Positions 49,151 through 58,180 of a stretch of 64,000 bases of DNA are shown here, piece by piece. The notes beneath the pieces were generated by a model, which saw nothing but the letters and a program-made list of their open reading frames with translations, searched no databases and was not told where the DNA came from. The translations under genes and the position numbers were made by a program. Source of the stretch: Bacteroidota bacterium (GTDB lineage: Bacteria > Bacteroidota > Bacteroidia > Bacteroidales > FEN-979); assembly GCA_043810345.1 (NCBI GenBank), contig JBDROF010000018.1:97651-161650 (forward strand), written 5' to 3'. Position 1 is the first letter of the stretch, and each line of letters opens with the position of its first letter.

Positions 49151-50350
49151 TTGGCTTTACGTAAACATACAACCCCTGCCACTTCAAATCCCGCTTCGCG
49201 GATCCCGAATCCCGCATCCGGCATCCGGCATCCGGTATCTGTAAAGGTTGTCGGAAGCGGCTCATTTCTTCCTGGGGCAGCCATTTTACCCGACCAGGTC
49301 GATTATTTTCTGGGGGAATTGATGGAAGCGCCGGAAAAGATCCGGAAATGGATGAAACGAATCCGGATCCTGATGAAGGAGTTGCTGGAGGCAGAATATT
49401 ATCATTTTGCCTTGGATCCCATTACACGACAATTTACGGAGGATAATGTAACAATGTCGGTGAAAGCAGCCCGGGAAGCCATCACGGATGCCGGAATGAA
49501 ACCGGAGGAGATCGAACTGATCGTTTACGGCAGCGCACACCAGGACCAGATGCCAACTGCTTCCGTAAGGATCCAAGAAGCGCTGGGGATTGAACGATGC
49601 GGGGAGCTCTCAGTGCATGCGAATTGCACCTCTGCCTACAAAGCGCTTCTGCTCGCCCACGAACTTCTTCAATCAGGCCGGTACCGGAACGCCCTCGTGG
49701 TCTCGTCGAGCATGTCATCGTCGGAGCTGGTAGCAGAATACTACAATCAATCCCTGGTTAAAAAAGAGGAGCTGTTTTTACGTTATTTCCTCAGCGACGG
49801 CGCTTCGGCCCTGGTGTTGAAAGCAGAACCTGAACGGAGTGGCAATGGGTTATACCTGGATTACACCTATATGGAATCAACCGGAGGGAAAAAACCGTCG
49901 GCCATGGGAAACAGACGCCCGGCTTACTGGATGAATCCGAAAGAGGAGTATGAGAAAGGTTGTCACCACCTGGCCCAGATGTTCCAGGAGGAGCTTCGGG
50001 CCAACTTCCACGAAGCTGACGGCTCGGTCTTCCTGAATGGCTTGAAACGGATGCTGGCCCTGCATCCGGTCGATCCCCGGCATATCCGTTTTTTCCAGGT
50101 GAACTTCCCGTCAAAACATATTTCGGAACTGGTGATGGATGAATGCAGTGAACTGGGGATCGACCGGAACACGCTCTACTCGAAGATGGCCACGATGGGC
50201 TATATCGGTCCGCCCATGGCCTTTCTCTGTCTCGACCGGATCCGGAAAGAAGAGCAATTGAACACGGGTGATATAATCCTTAGCTTTGTAACTGAGGTCA
50301 GTAAATTCATGCAGGCGGGATATGTGCTGAGGTACGAAGTCAGACGTTAG
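49151..50350 (+). CDS. KAS III (FabH)-like thiolase-fold condensing enzyme, divergent active-site context
   Basis: 399 aa. FabH-like N-terminus VKVVGSGSFLPG, Cys context VHANCTSAYKALLLAHELLQSG. The usual HQAN and GNTSAAS blocks are replaced by FQVNFPSKH and MGYIGPPM. The only in-frame start is TTG 49151, which makes the repeat at 49186-49240 part of the CDS. Confidence 0.75.
   Translation: MALRKHTTPATSNPASRIPNPASGIRHPVSVKVVGSGSFLPGAAILPDQVDYFLGELMEAPEKIRKWMKRIRILMKELLEAEYYHFALDPITRQFTEDNVTMSVKAAREAITDAGMKPEEIELIVYGSAHQDQMPTASVRIQEALGIERCGELSVHANCTSAYKALLLAHELLQSGRYRNALVVSSSMSSSELVAEYYNQSLVKKEELFLRYFLSDGASALVLKAEPERSGNGLYLDYTYMESTGGKKPSAMGNRRPAYWMNPKEEYEKGCHHLAQMFQEELRANFHEADGSVFLNGLKRMLALHPVDPRHIRFFQVNFPSKHISELVMDECSELGIDRNTLYSKMATMGYIGPPMAFLCLDRIRKEEQLNTGDIILSFVTEVSKFMQAGYVLRYEVRR
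49186..49240. repeat. Stutter repeat forming the N-terminal extension of the KAS III-like CDS
   Basis: aaatcccgcttcgcggatcccgaatcccgcatccggcatccggcatccggtatc encodes NPASRIPNPASGIRHPVS. Confidence 0.85.
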
Positions 50351-50436
50351 AATTTAGAACGCAAGTTAAAAGTTAGAACGACGAACTGTTTTCCAAATTT
50401 CCTAATGACTTAATGACCATTGACTAATGACTAACC
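50346..50436. repeat. Intergenic stutter repeats that contain the start codon of rSAM #2
   Basis: gttagaatttagaacgcaagttaaaagttagaacgacgaac and ctaatgacttaatgaccattgactaatgactaac. Confidence 0.8.
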
Positions 50437-52004
50437 CTAAACGATATACGCTGTTTTTACTGAGTCCCCGCCAGCGCTTTATCAATTATCCAGCGCATAT
50501 TTACCTGGCGAAGATGTTCGGAAAGCAGCGGTTTATGGTGCCATTGGCACTTCCTACGGTGGCGGCTCTTACTCCTGACCATTACGACCTCCATATTTAT
50601 GACGAGGAGATTGAGGAGATCCCGGTAGACATCCTGCCAGATATCGTGGGCATCACTACCCTGGCTGCCACTGTCAACCGGGCTTTTGAACTGGGAGACC
50701 ACTTCCGGAAACTGGGTGCCATCGTGATCTATGGTGGACCTTACGCCTCCTTTCAGGTTGACAAAGCACTGGAACATGGTGATGCAGTAGTGGTTGGAGA
50801 GGCCGAAGAACAATGGGAAAAGCTGCTGGAGGATTTTGAGCAAAATAATTTGCAACAGGTCTATGCGGCAAACTCCTATGTCGACTACCTTACCCAGAAA
50901 CCGCCCCGCTGGGATCTGGTCAATATGAAACGGATCTTCCAGGTAGCGATACAGGTCTCCCGGGGGTGTCCCTTCAACTGCGATTTCTGCATAGTAACCA
51001 AAATCTTCGGACGGAGGATGCGATACCGCGAAATCGATAATGTGGTGGAGGAAATCAACGCAGCTCCTTCGAAGTACTTCTTCTTCGTAGACGATAACCT
51101 CACCATCAATAAACGCTATGCCAGAGAGTTGATGGAGGCAATAAAACCGTTGAAGATCTCCTGGGGTTGCATGTGCAGCATCGATGTGGCGAAAGATGAC
51201 GAACTGCTCAAAGCGATGGCGGATGCGGGATGTTTCAATATCCTCATCGGGTTTGAGTCCCTCAACCCGGATAGCCTGGATGCCTCCAACAAGCATCATA
51301 ACCGGCGTGGGACCATCTATGAGGAGGCCATTCAGAAGATCCATTCCCATGGGATCCATATTAACGCCAGCTTTGTGGTGGGTTTCGACAACGACGACCT
51401 GGAGGAATTCGACCGGATCTACGACTTTACATTGAAACACAGCCTTCCCAATGTCAACCTTCACCTATTGAACGCACCACCGGGATCGGAGATCTATAAG
51501 CGATACCAGGAGGAGGGCCGGCTACTGAATTGTAATCCTGAACTTGGGGTGGGCCATTTCCCTACCATCCACTATATGAATATGTCGCAGATTGAACTGT
51601 TCAATAAATATATGACCACTATCGAACGTTTCTACTCCTTTGACACCGTTCTACGGAAAGCGAAAAACCTGTTCAGCAACGGAAACTTCACAAGATCCGG
51701 TGGCGATATTGCAGCATGGCTGAAAGTTCGTCTCACCTGGATCACGGTTAAGGCATTTCTTATTACAAGAGATACCAGGAAACGGGAGCTCTTTTTTTAT
51801 ATCATCGGCCTGATCCGCTCCAACAAAATTGCGATCGACAAAGGCCTGGGATTCCTGCTAACCATGCTGGGATATCACCGGCATATTGAAGCGCATAAAA
51901 GAAACATGGAAGATTACCGGAACATAGTGAGGGAACAGGACCGGGGTGCGTGGAAAGATCACTCCTCCCCAACCCCTCCCCAAAAAGGGAGGGGAAACCA
52001 GTAA
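50427..52004 (+). CDS. B12-binding-domain radical SAM enzyme (#2), long C-terminal extension
   Basis: 525 aa. B12-type N-terminus (LALPTVAALTP..DIVGITTLAATVNRAFELGDHFRKLGAIVIYGGPYAS..VVVGEAE). Radical SAM motif VSRGCPFNCDFCIV. The C-terminal about 150 aa may be DUF4070-like (recollection only). Confidence 0.88.
   Translation: MTNPKRYTLFLLSPRQRFINYPAHIYLAKMFGKQRFMVPLALPTVAALTPDHYDLHIYDEEIEEIPVDILPDIVGITTLAATVNRAFELGDHFRKLGAIVIYGGPYASFQVDKALEHGDAVVVGEAEEQWEKLLEDFEQNNLQQVYAANSYVDYLTQKPPRWDLVNMKRIFQVAIQVSRGCPFNCDFCIVTKIFGRRMRYREIDNVVEEINAAPSKYFFFVDDNLTINKRYARELMEAIKPLKISWGCMCSIDVAKDDELLKAMADAGCFNILIGFESLNPDSLDASNKHHNRRGTIYEEAIQKIHSHGIHINASFVVGFDNDDLEEFDRIYDFTLKHSLPNVNLHLLNAPPGSEIYKRYQEEGRLLNCNPELGVGHFPTIHYMNMSQIELFNKYMTTIERFYSFDTVLRKAKNLFSNGNFTRSGGDIAAWLKVRLTWITVKAFLITRDTRKRELFFYIIGLIRSNKIAIDKGLGFLLTMLGYHRHIEAHKRNMEDYRNIVREQDRGAWKDHSSPTPPQKGRGNQ
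51961..51998. repeat. GC hairpin repeat forming the C-terminal tail of rSAM #2
   Basis: actcctccccaacccctccccaaaaagggaggggaaac has an 8-bp stem (cccctccc/gggagggg). It encodes ..SSPTPPQKGRGNQ*. Confidence 0.85.
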
Positions 52005-52009
52005 AAGGA

Positions 52010-53098
52010 ATGATCAACATCCATCATCAGGCATCAGGCAGCATTCATCCGGTATCAAGCATCCAGACTGTTGGCGTCATCGGTGAAGGAAAAATGGGGT
52101 CCAGCATCTTCTATTCCCTGCTCCATTCGCCCTATTCCCTGCGCTGGATCGGAAGCCCGGATGCCGATGTAGAAAAACTTCAGCAGCACCTGGAAAAAAA
52201 AATCCACCGCCATCTTAAGAGCGGCATCGTGGGTCAGGATGAGCATGATCGCCTGCTTCTGAGAACGATCATCTCCTCCGATGTGAGTCATACCGCAAAT
52301 TGCGACCTGGTGATCGAAGCGATCCCGGAAGAGTTAACGTTGAAGCGACAGCTTTTTGCGGATTTGGACAGGATCACTAAATCATCCTGTATACTGGCCA
52401 CAAACTCATCCTCTTTCAATCCGTCTCAGCTCTTTCTGGATTCGAAAAGAGACGAACGGATTATCGGAATGCACTACTTTTTCCCCGTACCGTTAAAGGA
52501 GACCGTGGAGCTGATTTTTCCTGAGAAAACATCCACCAAAGTGCGTTCAACTACTGAAGCCTTTTTACGTCAGACAGGTAAACAAATACTTCTTCTGAAT
52601 GAATCTAATAGCTTTATTTTAAATAAATTATTCCTTGATATTCAGAATGAAACTTATCGAATTGTTGAACAGGGAATGGCTACAGTCAAGCAGATTGACA
52701 CGTTGATCAAAGAGCAACTTTTTCCTGTTGGAGTGTTTGATTTCATGGATAACGTTGGGATTGAAACCATGTTGGCGGCGGTCAGAAATTATACATCGGA
52801 CTACCCGCACAAAGATTATTACCAAAACCTGATCAACAAACTCCAGGCGCTTGTGGATGCGGGTAAGTTTGGGCTGAAATCAGGAGAGGGTTTTTTTCGT
52901 TATACGGAAGGGAAGATGAGCGATTCATCGTCACCTGAACCCCTCCGGCCAGAAGTTGCCCGTGAGATCACCAACCACCTCAGGTTTACCTATCTGAATG
53001 CTGCCAAGCGGTTCACCATGCAGTCGGGATGTACGATTGATGAGATGAACCAGGCGATCAGGGAGTACTTAGGCCTCGAAAAGGGTCCCTTTGAATAA
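52010..53098 (+). CDS. 3-hydroxyacyl-CoA dehydrogenase (NAD-binding, HBD/FadB-type)
   Basis: 362 aa from ATG 52010. Motifs: VGVIGEGKMGSSI (GxGxxG), DLVIEAIPEEL..KRQLF, ILATNSSS, IGMHYFFPVP. The first ~18 codons derive from the stutter repeat at 52013-52066. Confidence 0.88.
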   Translation: MINIHHQASGSIHPVSSIQTVGVIGEGKMGSSIFYSLLHSPYSLRWIGSPDADVEKLQQHLEKKIHRHLKSGIVGQDEHDRLLLRTIISSDVSHTANCDLVIEAIPEELTLKRQLFADLDRITKSSCILATNSSSFNPSQLFLDSKRDERIIGMHYFFPVPLKETVELIFPEKTSTKVRSTTEAFLRQTGKQILLLNESNSFILNKLFLDIQNETYRIVEQGMATVKQIDTLIKEQLFPVGVFDFMDNVGIETMLAAVRNYTSDYPHKDYYQNLINKLQALVDAGKFGLKSGEGFFRYTEGKMSDSSSPEPLRPEVAREITNHLRFTYLNAAKRFTMQSGCTIDEMNQAIREYLGLEKGPFE

Positions 53099-53163
53099 TT
53101 TTCAAATCCCATCCGTACTTATCCGATTTCTTTGCGATCTTTGTGATATCAAACCACTACATC

Positions 53164-53538
53164 ATGAAAAAATCAGGTATCATACTGGTTGCATTAGTGG
53201 GGACATTTGTGATCTTTGTCTCTTTTATCAGGCCAGCAGGTCCACCCATTTCAGACCCGCCGAAAAACATTCCTGACTCGGTTTGGGCCGTCATTAAAAC
53301 ATCCTGTCTCGAATGTCATGTCAACGATGGCAATAGCCTGGCTAAAGCCAAGCTCAATTTCGATAAGTGGGACGAATATTCCCCGGAAAAGCAGTTTGTT
53401 AAAGCTCAGGATATCTGTGAAGAGGTCCGGAAAGGAACAATGCCTCCCTCCAAATTTCGAAAAAACAATCCCGATGCCGTTCCTTCCACAGGAGCGACAA
53501 CCCGAATCTGCAAGTGGGTGAATCAACTCGAAAAATAG
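53164..53538 (+). CDS. Haem-binding-domain protein (CxxCH), membrane-anchored or secreted
   Basis: 124 aa from ATG 53164. N-terminal helix GIILVALVGTFVIFVSF. CLECHVNDGNSLAKAKLNFDKWDEY....VRKGTMPP matches my recollection of the Haem_bd domain. Confidence 0.7.
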   Translation: MKKSGIILVALVGTFVIFVSFIRPAGPPISDPPKNIPDSVWAVIKTSCLECHVNDGNSLAKAKLNFDKWDEYSPEKQFVKAQDICEEVRKGTMPPSKFRKNNPDAVPSTGATTRICKWVNQLEK

Positions 53539-53545
53539 TTACTAA

Positions 53546-54760
53546 ATGGCTGGAAAAGTGGTTGTTACCGGAATGGGGATCGTCTCCTCGCTAGGTCTTG
53601 ACCTGGAAACCAACTGGTCGAACCTGGTAACTGGCAAAAGTGGGATCGGGAACATTACCTTGTTTGATGCTTCAGAAAACCAGACTCGGATAGCGGGAGA
53701 AGTACCTGCAGCTTTTGAAGACCATTACAAAGATTACATCAAGAAACGGGCTGCCGGTCAGATGACCCGTGTGACCAGGATGTGCATGGTGGCTGCAAAA
53801 GATGCAGTGAACCATGCCGGGGTAGATTTTGAACAGATGGATAAGACCCGGTGTTCTGTGATTATGGGGGTTGTAAATACCGGGAACTCAAGCGTGGAGA
53901 GTGATACCAATCCTCAGAATACCGTATTCAAAAGCATGACGAATTCCATGTCGGCCTGGGTATCTCTGGATTACCAGCTTATGGGGCCCAATTATGCCAT
54001 CAATACGGCATGTGCCTCCTCAGCTTATGCACTGGCTTCGGGGTATGACCTGATCCGGAACAACCAGGCTGATCTGGTCATCGTAGGGGGAGCCGACAGC
54101 ATCATCAACAAAGAAGAGATCGAAGGATTTAACGCTCTTTATGCTTTATCGGTACAAAATGATCCACCTGAAAAGGCCAGCAAACCCTTTTCGTTAGATC
54201 GCGACGGATTCGTCATCGGTGAAGGGGCTGGTGTGATTATCCTGGAATCTGAAAAGAGTGCCTCCAGACATCATGCTACCATCTTTGCCGAACTGGCCGG
54301 TTACGGTTTGAGCAGTGAAGGGTACAACATCATGGCTCCGATGAAGGATGGAGAAGGGATGGCATTCACCATGAACAAAGCGCTCAAATCCACTGGTATT
54401 GCCCTGGATGAAGTAGACTACATCAATGCTCACGGGACCTCAACCGAACTCAACGACAGGTATGAAACACTGGCAATCAAGAGGACCTTTGGTGAACGAG
54501 CCGCGAAAATTCCTGTATCATCCTCCAAATCCATGCTGGGACATACCATCGGAGCCGCTGGGACTATAGAGGGAATCATCACCATTCTTTCCATTTATCA
54601 CGATACGATCACGCCCACAATAAACCTGGATCATCCTGATCCGGATCTGGACCTGGACTATGTACCTCATTCCTCCAGAAAGCAAGGGGTTCGTGTCGCT
54701 TTGTCAAACTCATTTGGCTTCGGGGGCCACAATGCTACTCTCGTTTTCAGAAAGTATTAA
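53546..54760 (+). CDS. Beta-ketoacyl-ACP synthase II (FabF-like), the most canonical KS of the cluster
   Basis: 404 aa. Motifs: INTACASSAYALASG, INAHGTSTELND, SKSMLGHTIGAAGTIE, SNSFGFGGHNATLVF. Confidence 0.92.
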   Translation: MAGKVVVTGMGIVSSLGLDLETNWSNLVTGKSGIGNITLFDASENQTRIAGEVPAAFEDHYKDYIKKRAAGQMTRVTRMCMVAAKDAVNHAGVDFEQMDKTRCSVIMGVVNTGNSSVESDTNPQNTVFKSMTNSMSAWVSLDYQLMGPNYAINTACASSAYALASGYDLIRNNQADLVIVGGADSIINKEEIEGFNALYALSVQNDPPEKASKPFSLDRDGFVIGEGAGVIILESEKSASRHHATIFAELAGYGLSSEGYNIMAPMKDGEGMAFTMNKALKSTGIALDEVDYINAHGTSTELNDRYETLAIKRTFGERAAKIPVSSSKSMLGHTIGAAGTIEGIITILSIYHDTITPTINLDHPDPDLDLDYVPHSSRKQGVRVALSNSFGFGGHNATLVFRKY

Positions 54761-54790
54761 CAGGAATACAGTTTAAATAGAAAAAAGAAG

Positions 54791-54798
54791 TATTTTTG
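54791..54798 (+). promoter_or_regulatory. Candidate internal -7 box (TAnnTTTG) upstream of ACP-3
   Basis: tatttttg lies 28 nt upstream of the ATG at 54827. Confidence 0.4.
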
Positions 54799-54826
54799 CT
54801 TCTGATTCTTTGAAAAAAAAGAGTGT

Positions 54827-55132
54827 ATGGCACAGATTAGAGAAAATACAAGAGAAGAGGTGCAAGAGGTTGTATATGAATTCTTTGCCGATGAATGTGA
54901 GGTAGACGTTTCGGAGATCTCAGATCAGACAAATATCATCAAAGACCTGGATGGAGATTCGCTCATGTTCCTGGAACTTATCGAAATCTTCAAAAAGAAA
55001 TATTCACTTGAGATTGAGCTGAAAACCATCGGTAAATATGCTGTCAAACACCCGGTTGAGACAATCGGGCAGTTAATTGACATGCAGATGCTTATCATTG
55101 AACATGAGAACCGCATCCTGGAATTAGTTTAA
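54827..55132 (+). CDS. Acyl carrier protein (ACP-3)
   Basis: 101 aa. IIKDLDGDSLMFLELIEIF. Confidence 0.88.
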   Translation: MAQIRENTREEVQEVVYEFFADECEVDVSEISDQTNIIKDLDGDSLMFLELIEIFKKKYSLEIELKTIGKYAVKHPVETIGQLIDMQMLIIEHENRILELV

Positions 55133-55147
55133 AAACCCTGACATTCC

Positions 55148-56053
55148 TTGCCTGATTGTACAGCCGCATTTGTTTTTCCTGCCTTTGTCAGGGATTATGA
55201 CGACGATAAGTCTCCGCAAATTGATGGTTTCAGTAAACACTTTCACCATCTTTTGGCAGAAGCATCCAGGGTGGTTGATCCCGACCTGACCTTTTTCCAT
55301 CCCGAGAACCAGAATTTTCTGGACCATGAGTTACGGACTCAGTATATTGCTTTTGTTTATGGCTGTGCAATCTCAGATATTGTTCAGGGAAGAGGGATTC
55401 ACCCGAAACTCCTCTGCGGATACAGCATGGGGATTTATGCCGCTTTGGTTCACGGGGGAGCTCTCTCCTTCGAGAATGGTCTTTTGTTAATCCGCAATGC
55501 TTTTCAGGAGATCTCTTATACAACGATGACTGACCGGTTTGGTATGGCCGGGATCATTGGACTTACCGAACCTGACATTCGGAACATTCTTCAATCCCTC
55601 CCAGGGGTAAAAGTTACAAACCAAAACAGCTCCTACTCATTTGTGCTTTCGGGACGTCAGCAGGATCTGGAGAGAGCGCTGAAGGCCGCCCGGGAAGAGG
55701 GAGCTTTTCATGCCAGGATGCTCAGTGTAACTGTCCCTTACCATTCCTATTTGTTAAAATCGGCCGCACTACAATTTGCTAAATTCGTTTATAGCCTGGA
55801 TATCCGTACACTCCAGATTCCATTGATATCGGTGCTCAACCGGGAAACCCTGAGTTCACCTGAAGATATTAAAACGGAACTTGTTGAAAACCTTTACAAA
55901 CATTTTAACTGGCACTCAACCCAGCTAAAGATGATCGACATGGGCATCAACCTGTTTGTGGAGTGTGGACCCGGAAGTAGTCTGAAGAAGAACTCACGGT
56001 TTATTGAAGGAAATTACCGGTTTTTGTCCATGGATGAGATCCTCACGCATTAA
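55148..56053 (+). CDS. Acyltransferase of the FabD (malonyl-CoA:ACP transacylase) fold, atypical motifs
   Basis: 301 aa with a TTG start. AFVFPAF replaces FVFPGQGSQ. The nucleophile elbow is GYSMG (FabD has GHSLG). LSVTVPYHS. Confidence 0.75.
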   Translation: MPDCTAAFVFPAFVRDYDDDKSPQIDGFSKHFHHLLAEASRVVDPDLTFFHPENQNFLDHELRTQYIAFVYGCAISDIVQGRGIHPKLLCGYSMGIYAALVHGGALSFENGLLLIRNAFQEISYTTMTDRFGMAGIIGLTEPDIRNILQSLPGVKVTNQNSSYSFVLSGRQQDLERALKAAREEGAFHARMLSVTVPYHSYLLKSAALQFAKFVYSLDIRTLQIPLISVLNRETLSSPEDIKTELVENLYKHFNWHSTQLKMIDMGINLFVECGPGSSLKKNSRFIEGNYRFLSMDEILTH

Positions 56054-56056
56054 GCC

Positions 56057-56749
56057 TCAGTCTACCTTCAGCCTATACCCTACATTGTAAACATTTTCGA
56101 TCACCACACCATTCTTTCCCAAATGTTTCCGCAGACGGGAAACAAAGACATCCAGGCTGCGGCTTGAAAAGAAATGGTTGTGTCCCCAAATTTCAATCAG
56201 GAGCTCGTCTCTCTTCACCACCTTCTCACGGTTTTTCAGCAGGAACGAAAATAATTCCGCTTCTCTGTGGGTTAGCGCATGTTTTTTATCAGCTACGGTA
56301 AGCCAAAGATTGACAGGATCCCAAATCACCCTTTGATTGATCTCATTCACTCTGAATTCTTCATCCGAAAGCTGAACGGCCCGCCGTTTCAGGAATACCT
56401 CGATCTTCAGCACAAGCTCTTCAATGCTAAAGGGTTTTGTGATATAATCATCCCCACCCAGCTTGAGTCCATGAATTTTATCCTCTCTGGCAGAGCGGGC
56501 CGTGACGAAAATAATAGGAACCTGAAGGTCTTGTTCACGAATCTTTTCAGCCAGGGTAAAACCATCCATTTTTGGGAGCATGATATCCAGGATGCAGAGA
56601 TTATACTTGTTCTTCCCAAACTTCTCCAGCGCATCCTTCCCGTTTTCAATTGCGTCAATATCGTATCCCTTCATAGTAAGGTTATCCCTTGTCACGAATG
56701 AGAGCGTCAGGTCATCTTCAACATACAGTATCTTGGGTCGTTTTTTCAT
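56057..56749 (-). CDS. OmpR/PhoB-family response regulator (receiver + winged helix)
   Basis: 230 aa from ATG 56749 (ATGA overlap with the kinase gene). Motifs: ILYVEDD, LCILDIMLPKMDG, TARS..EDK..GL..GGDDYITKPF, GYRL. Confidence 0.9.
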   Translation of the reverse strand: MKKRPKILYVEDDLTLSFVTRDNLTMKGYDIDAIENGKDALEKFGKNKYNLCILDIMLPKMDGFTLAEKIREQDLQVPIIFVTARSAREDKIHGLKLGGDDYITKPFSIEELVLKIEVFLKRRAVQLSDEEFRVNEINQRVIWDPVNLWLTVADKKHALTHREAELFSFLLKNREKVVKRDELLIEIWGHNHFFSSRSLDVFVSRLRKHLGKNGVVIENVYNVGYRLKVD

Positions 56750-58008
56750 CTGGTCATGGATATAACAAAGGAACAACCTTTTGCCGGTTCACTCTTCAGC
56801 GAGATTTTCCATCCGTGTGCTTTACAGGTGTTTCTGACATAGAAAAGACCCAGTCCAAATCCCTTGATATCATGCACGTTTCCTGTGGGGATACGGAAAA
56901 ACTTACGGAATACCTTTTTCTGAAATGAATGAGGGATCCCCGGACCATTATCGCTGATCTTCAGAATAACAGATCTATTTTCACAATAGGTTTCAACAAC
57001 AATTGCGGGATCTTCACCTCCATATTTTGATGCATTATCCAATAGGTTGTAAATGATATTTGACAGGTGTACCGGATCCGCATGGACCTTTCCAACATCA
57101 GCGGCAAGTTTTGTCCTGACCGAAAACACTTTTCCCGAATTGCTCCGGCAGTTTTCCAGCACTGGTATGATCAGCTCATTCAACTCGACATTCTCCCGTT
57201 TCAACTCAAAGCCCGTTTTCTCAATCCGAGCGATATTAAGGACTTTATTTACCAGCATGTTTAACCTGCTGTTTTCTTGTTTTATGATGTTCCCATAGGT
57301 CAGTAACCGTTCCGGATCCTCCAGGATTGAGGGATGAGTGATGACATCTGCCGAAATATTAATGCTGGAAATTGGTGTCTTGAATTCATGCGTCATGTTG
57401 TTGATGAAGTCCTTCTGTAATTCAGAAAATCGTTTCTGCTTGAAAATCACCAGGATAGAGTAGCTGAAGAAGAGTACCAGGGCCAGCAGGATACCAGATA
57501 GGATCAACCAGATTGTCATATTACTGATGACAGTATTCTGGATGGAAGGAAACCGAATCCCGAAATAGTAGAGGTACTCACTGTATTTTGGCAGGTTGGT
57601 GGAGGGGGAAAGAGATTTATTAACACCCTGCCTGGGGATGTAATTCCCGTAGACCATTTTATCGTTATGGCAATCGTAAATGGCATACTCATAATCCACA
57701 TCCAGTCCGATCCGGGCGAACTCACTCTTCAGGTAATACTCCAGGATATTGGCATCGACAACGCTGTTTATGTTGACTACGAAGTAGTTGGAAGAAAGCT
57801 GGTTCACCGGGTTCTCATGGGGAGGAACCGTTTCATTATAGAGATACATTTTATGTGCGACACTGTTCAACCCAATGGAGATCGATTCGTTCACCTGCTT
57901 CTCATTCATATTCCAGGCCTTGAGGAGCCAATAGATCTGAATCGTGAAAATCGCGATGATAGCAACTGTCCCGAACAAGATTACGAACCTTACCTGATTA
58001 TGTTTCAT
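56746..58008 (-). CDS. Sensor histidine kinase (two TM segments, HisKA + HATPase_c)
   Basis: 420 aa from ATG 58008. H-box FINNMTHEFKTPISSI, N box LDNASKYG, DNGPGIP, GFGLGLFYV. Confidence 0.9.
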   Translation of the reverse strand: MKHNQVRFVILFGTVAIIAIFTIQIYWLLKAWNMNEKQVNESISIGLNSVAHKMYLYNETVPPHENPVNQLSSNYFVVNINSVVDANILEYYLKSEFARIGLDVDYEYAIYDCHNDKMVYGNYIPRQGVNKSLSPSTNLPKYSEYLYYFGIRFPSIQNTVISNMTIWLILSGILLALVLFFSYSILVIFKQKRFSELQKDFINNMTHEFKTPISSINISADVITHPSILEDPERLLTYGNIIKQENSRLNMLVNKVLNIARIEKTGFELKRENVELNELIIPVLENCRSNSGKVFSVRTKLAADVGKVHADPVHLSNIIYNLLDNASKYGGEDPAIVVETYCENRSVILKISDNGPGIPHSFQKKVFRKFFRIPTGNVHDIKGFGLGLFYVRNTCKAHGWKISLKSEPAKGCSFVISMTR

Positions 58009-58180
58009 CCGGGCAACCTGAGATGTGGAGTCCAAAAATAGACCAAAATCTGCTTAAAAAACGTAATTTTGCTTTTCATTAACATAATTTTACGTTACGT
58101 TAACATTGTTTTACCTTTTGTTAACATGGATATCGAATAGATGATCGGATTTTTGTACAATCAATTAAAACACAACCGAC

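Noticed and set aside
47712-50350. Interpretation as a classic HMG-CoA-synthase beta-branching cassette (ECH1/ECH2 + HMGS)
   Set aside because: The condensing enzyme reads as FabH-like (VKVVGSGSFLPG N-terminus, HANCTSAY). I could not see HMGS-type motifs or a Cys-to-Ser decarboxylating KS. It is kept only as a lower-probability alternative within the finding.
49151-50350. Calling the KAS III-like gene DarB (dialkylresorcinol synthase) and the cluster a flexirubin cluster proper
   Set aside because: No DarA-like gene, tyrosine ammonia-lyase or aryl-CoA ligase is visible in the window, and the active-site blocks are divergent. The label would be over-specific without a phylogeny.
50457-51464. 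335-aa minus-strand ORF
   Set aside because: It lies entirely antisense to radical SAM #2, whose + strand frame carries clear motifs (CPFNCDFC). The antisense translation has no recognisable motifs. Long antisense ORFs are expected in this GC range.
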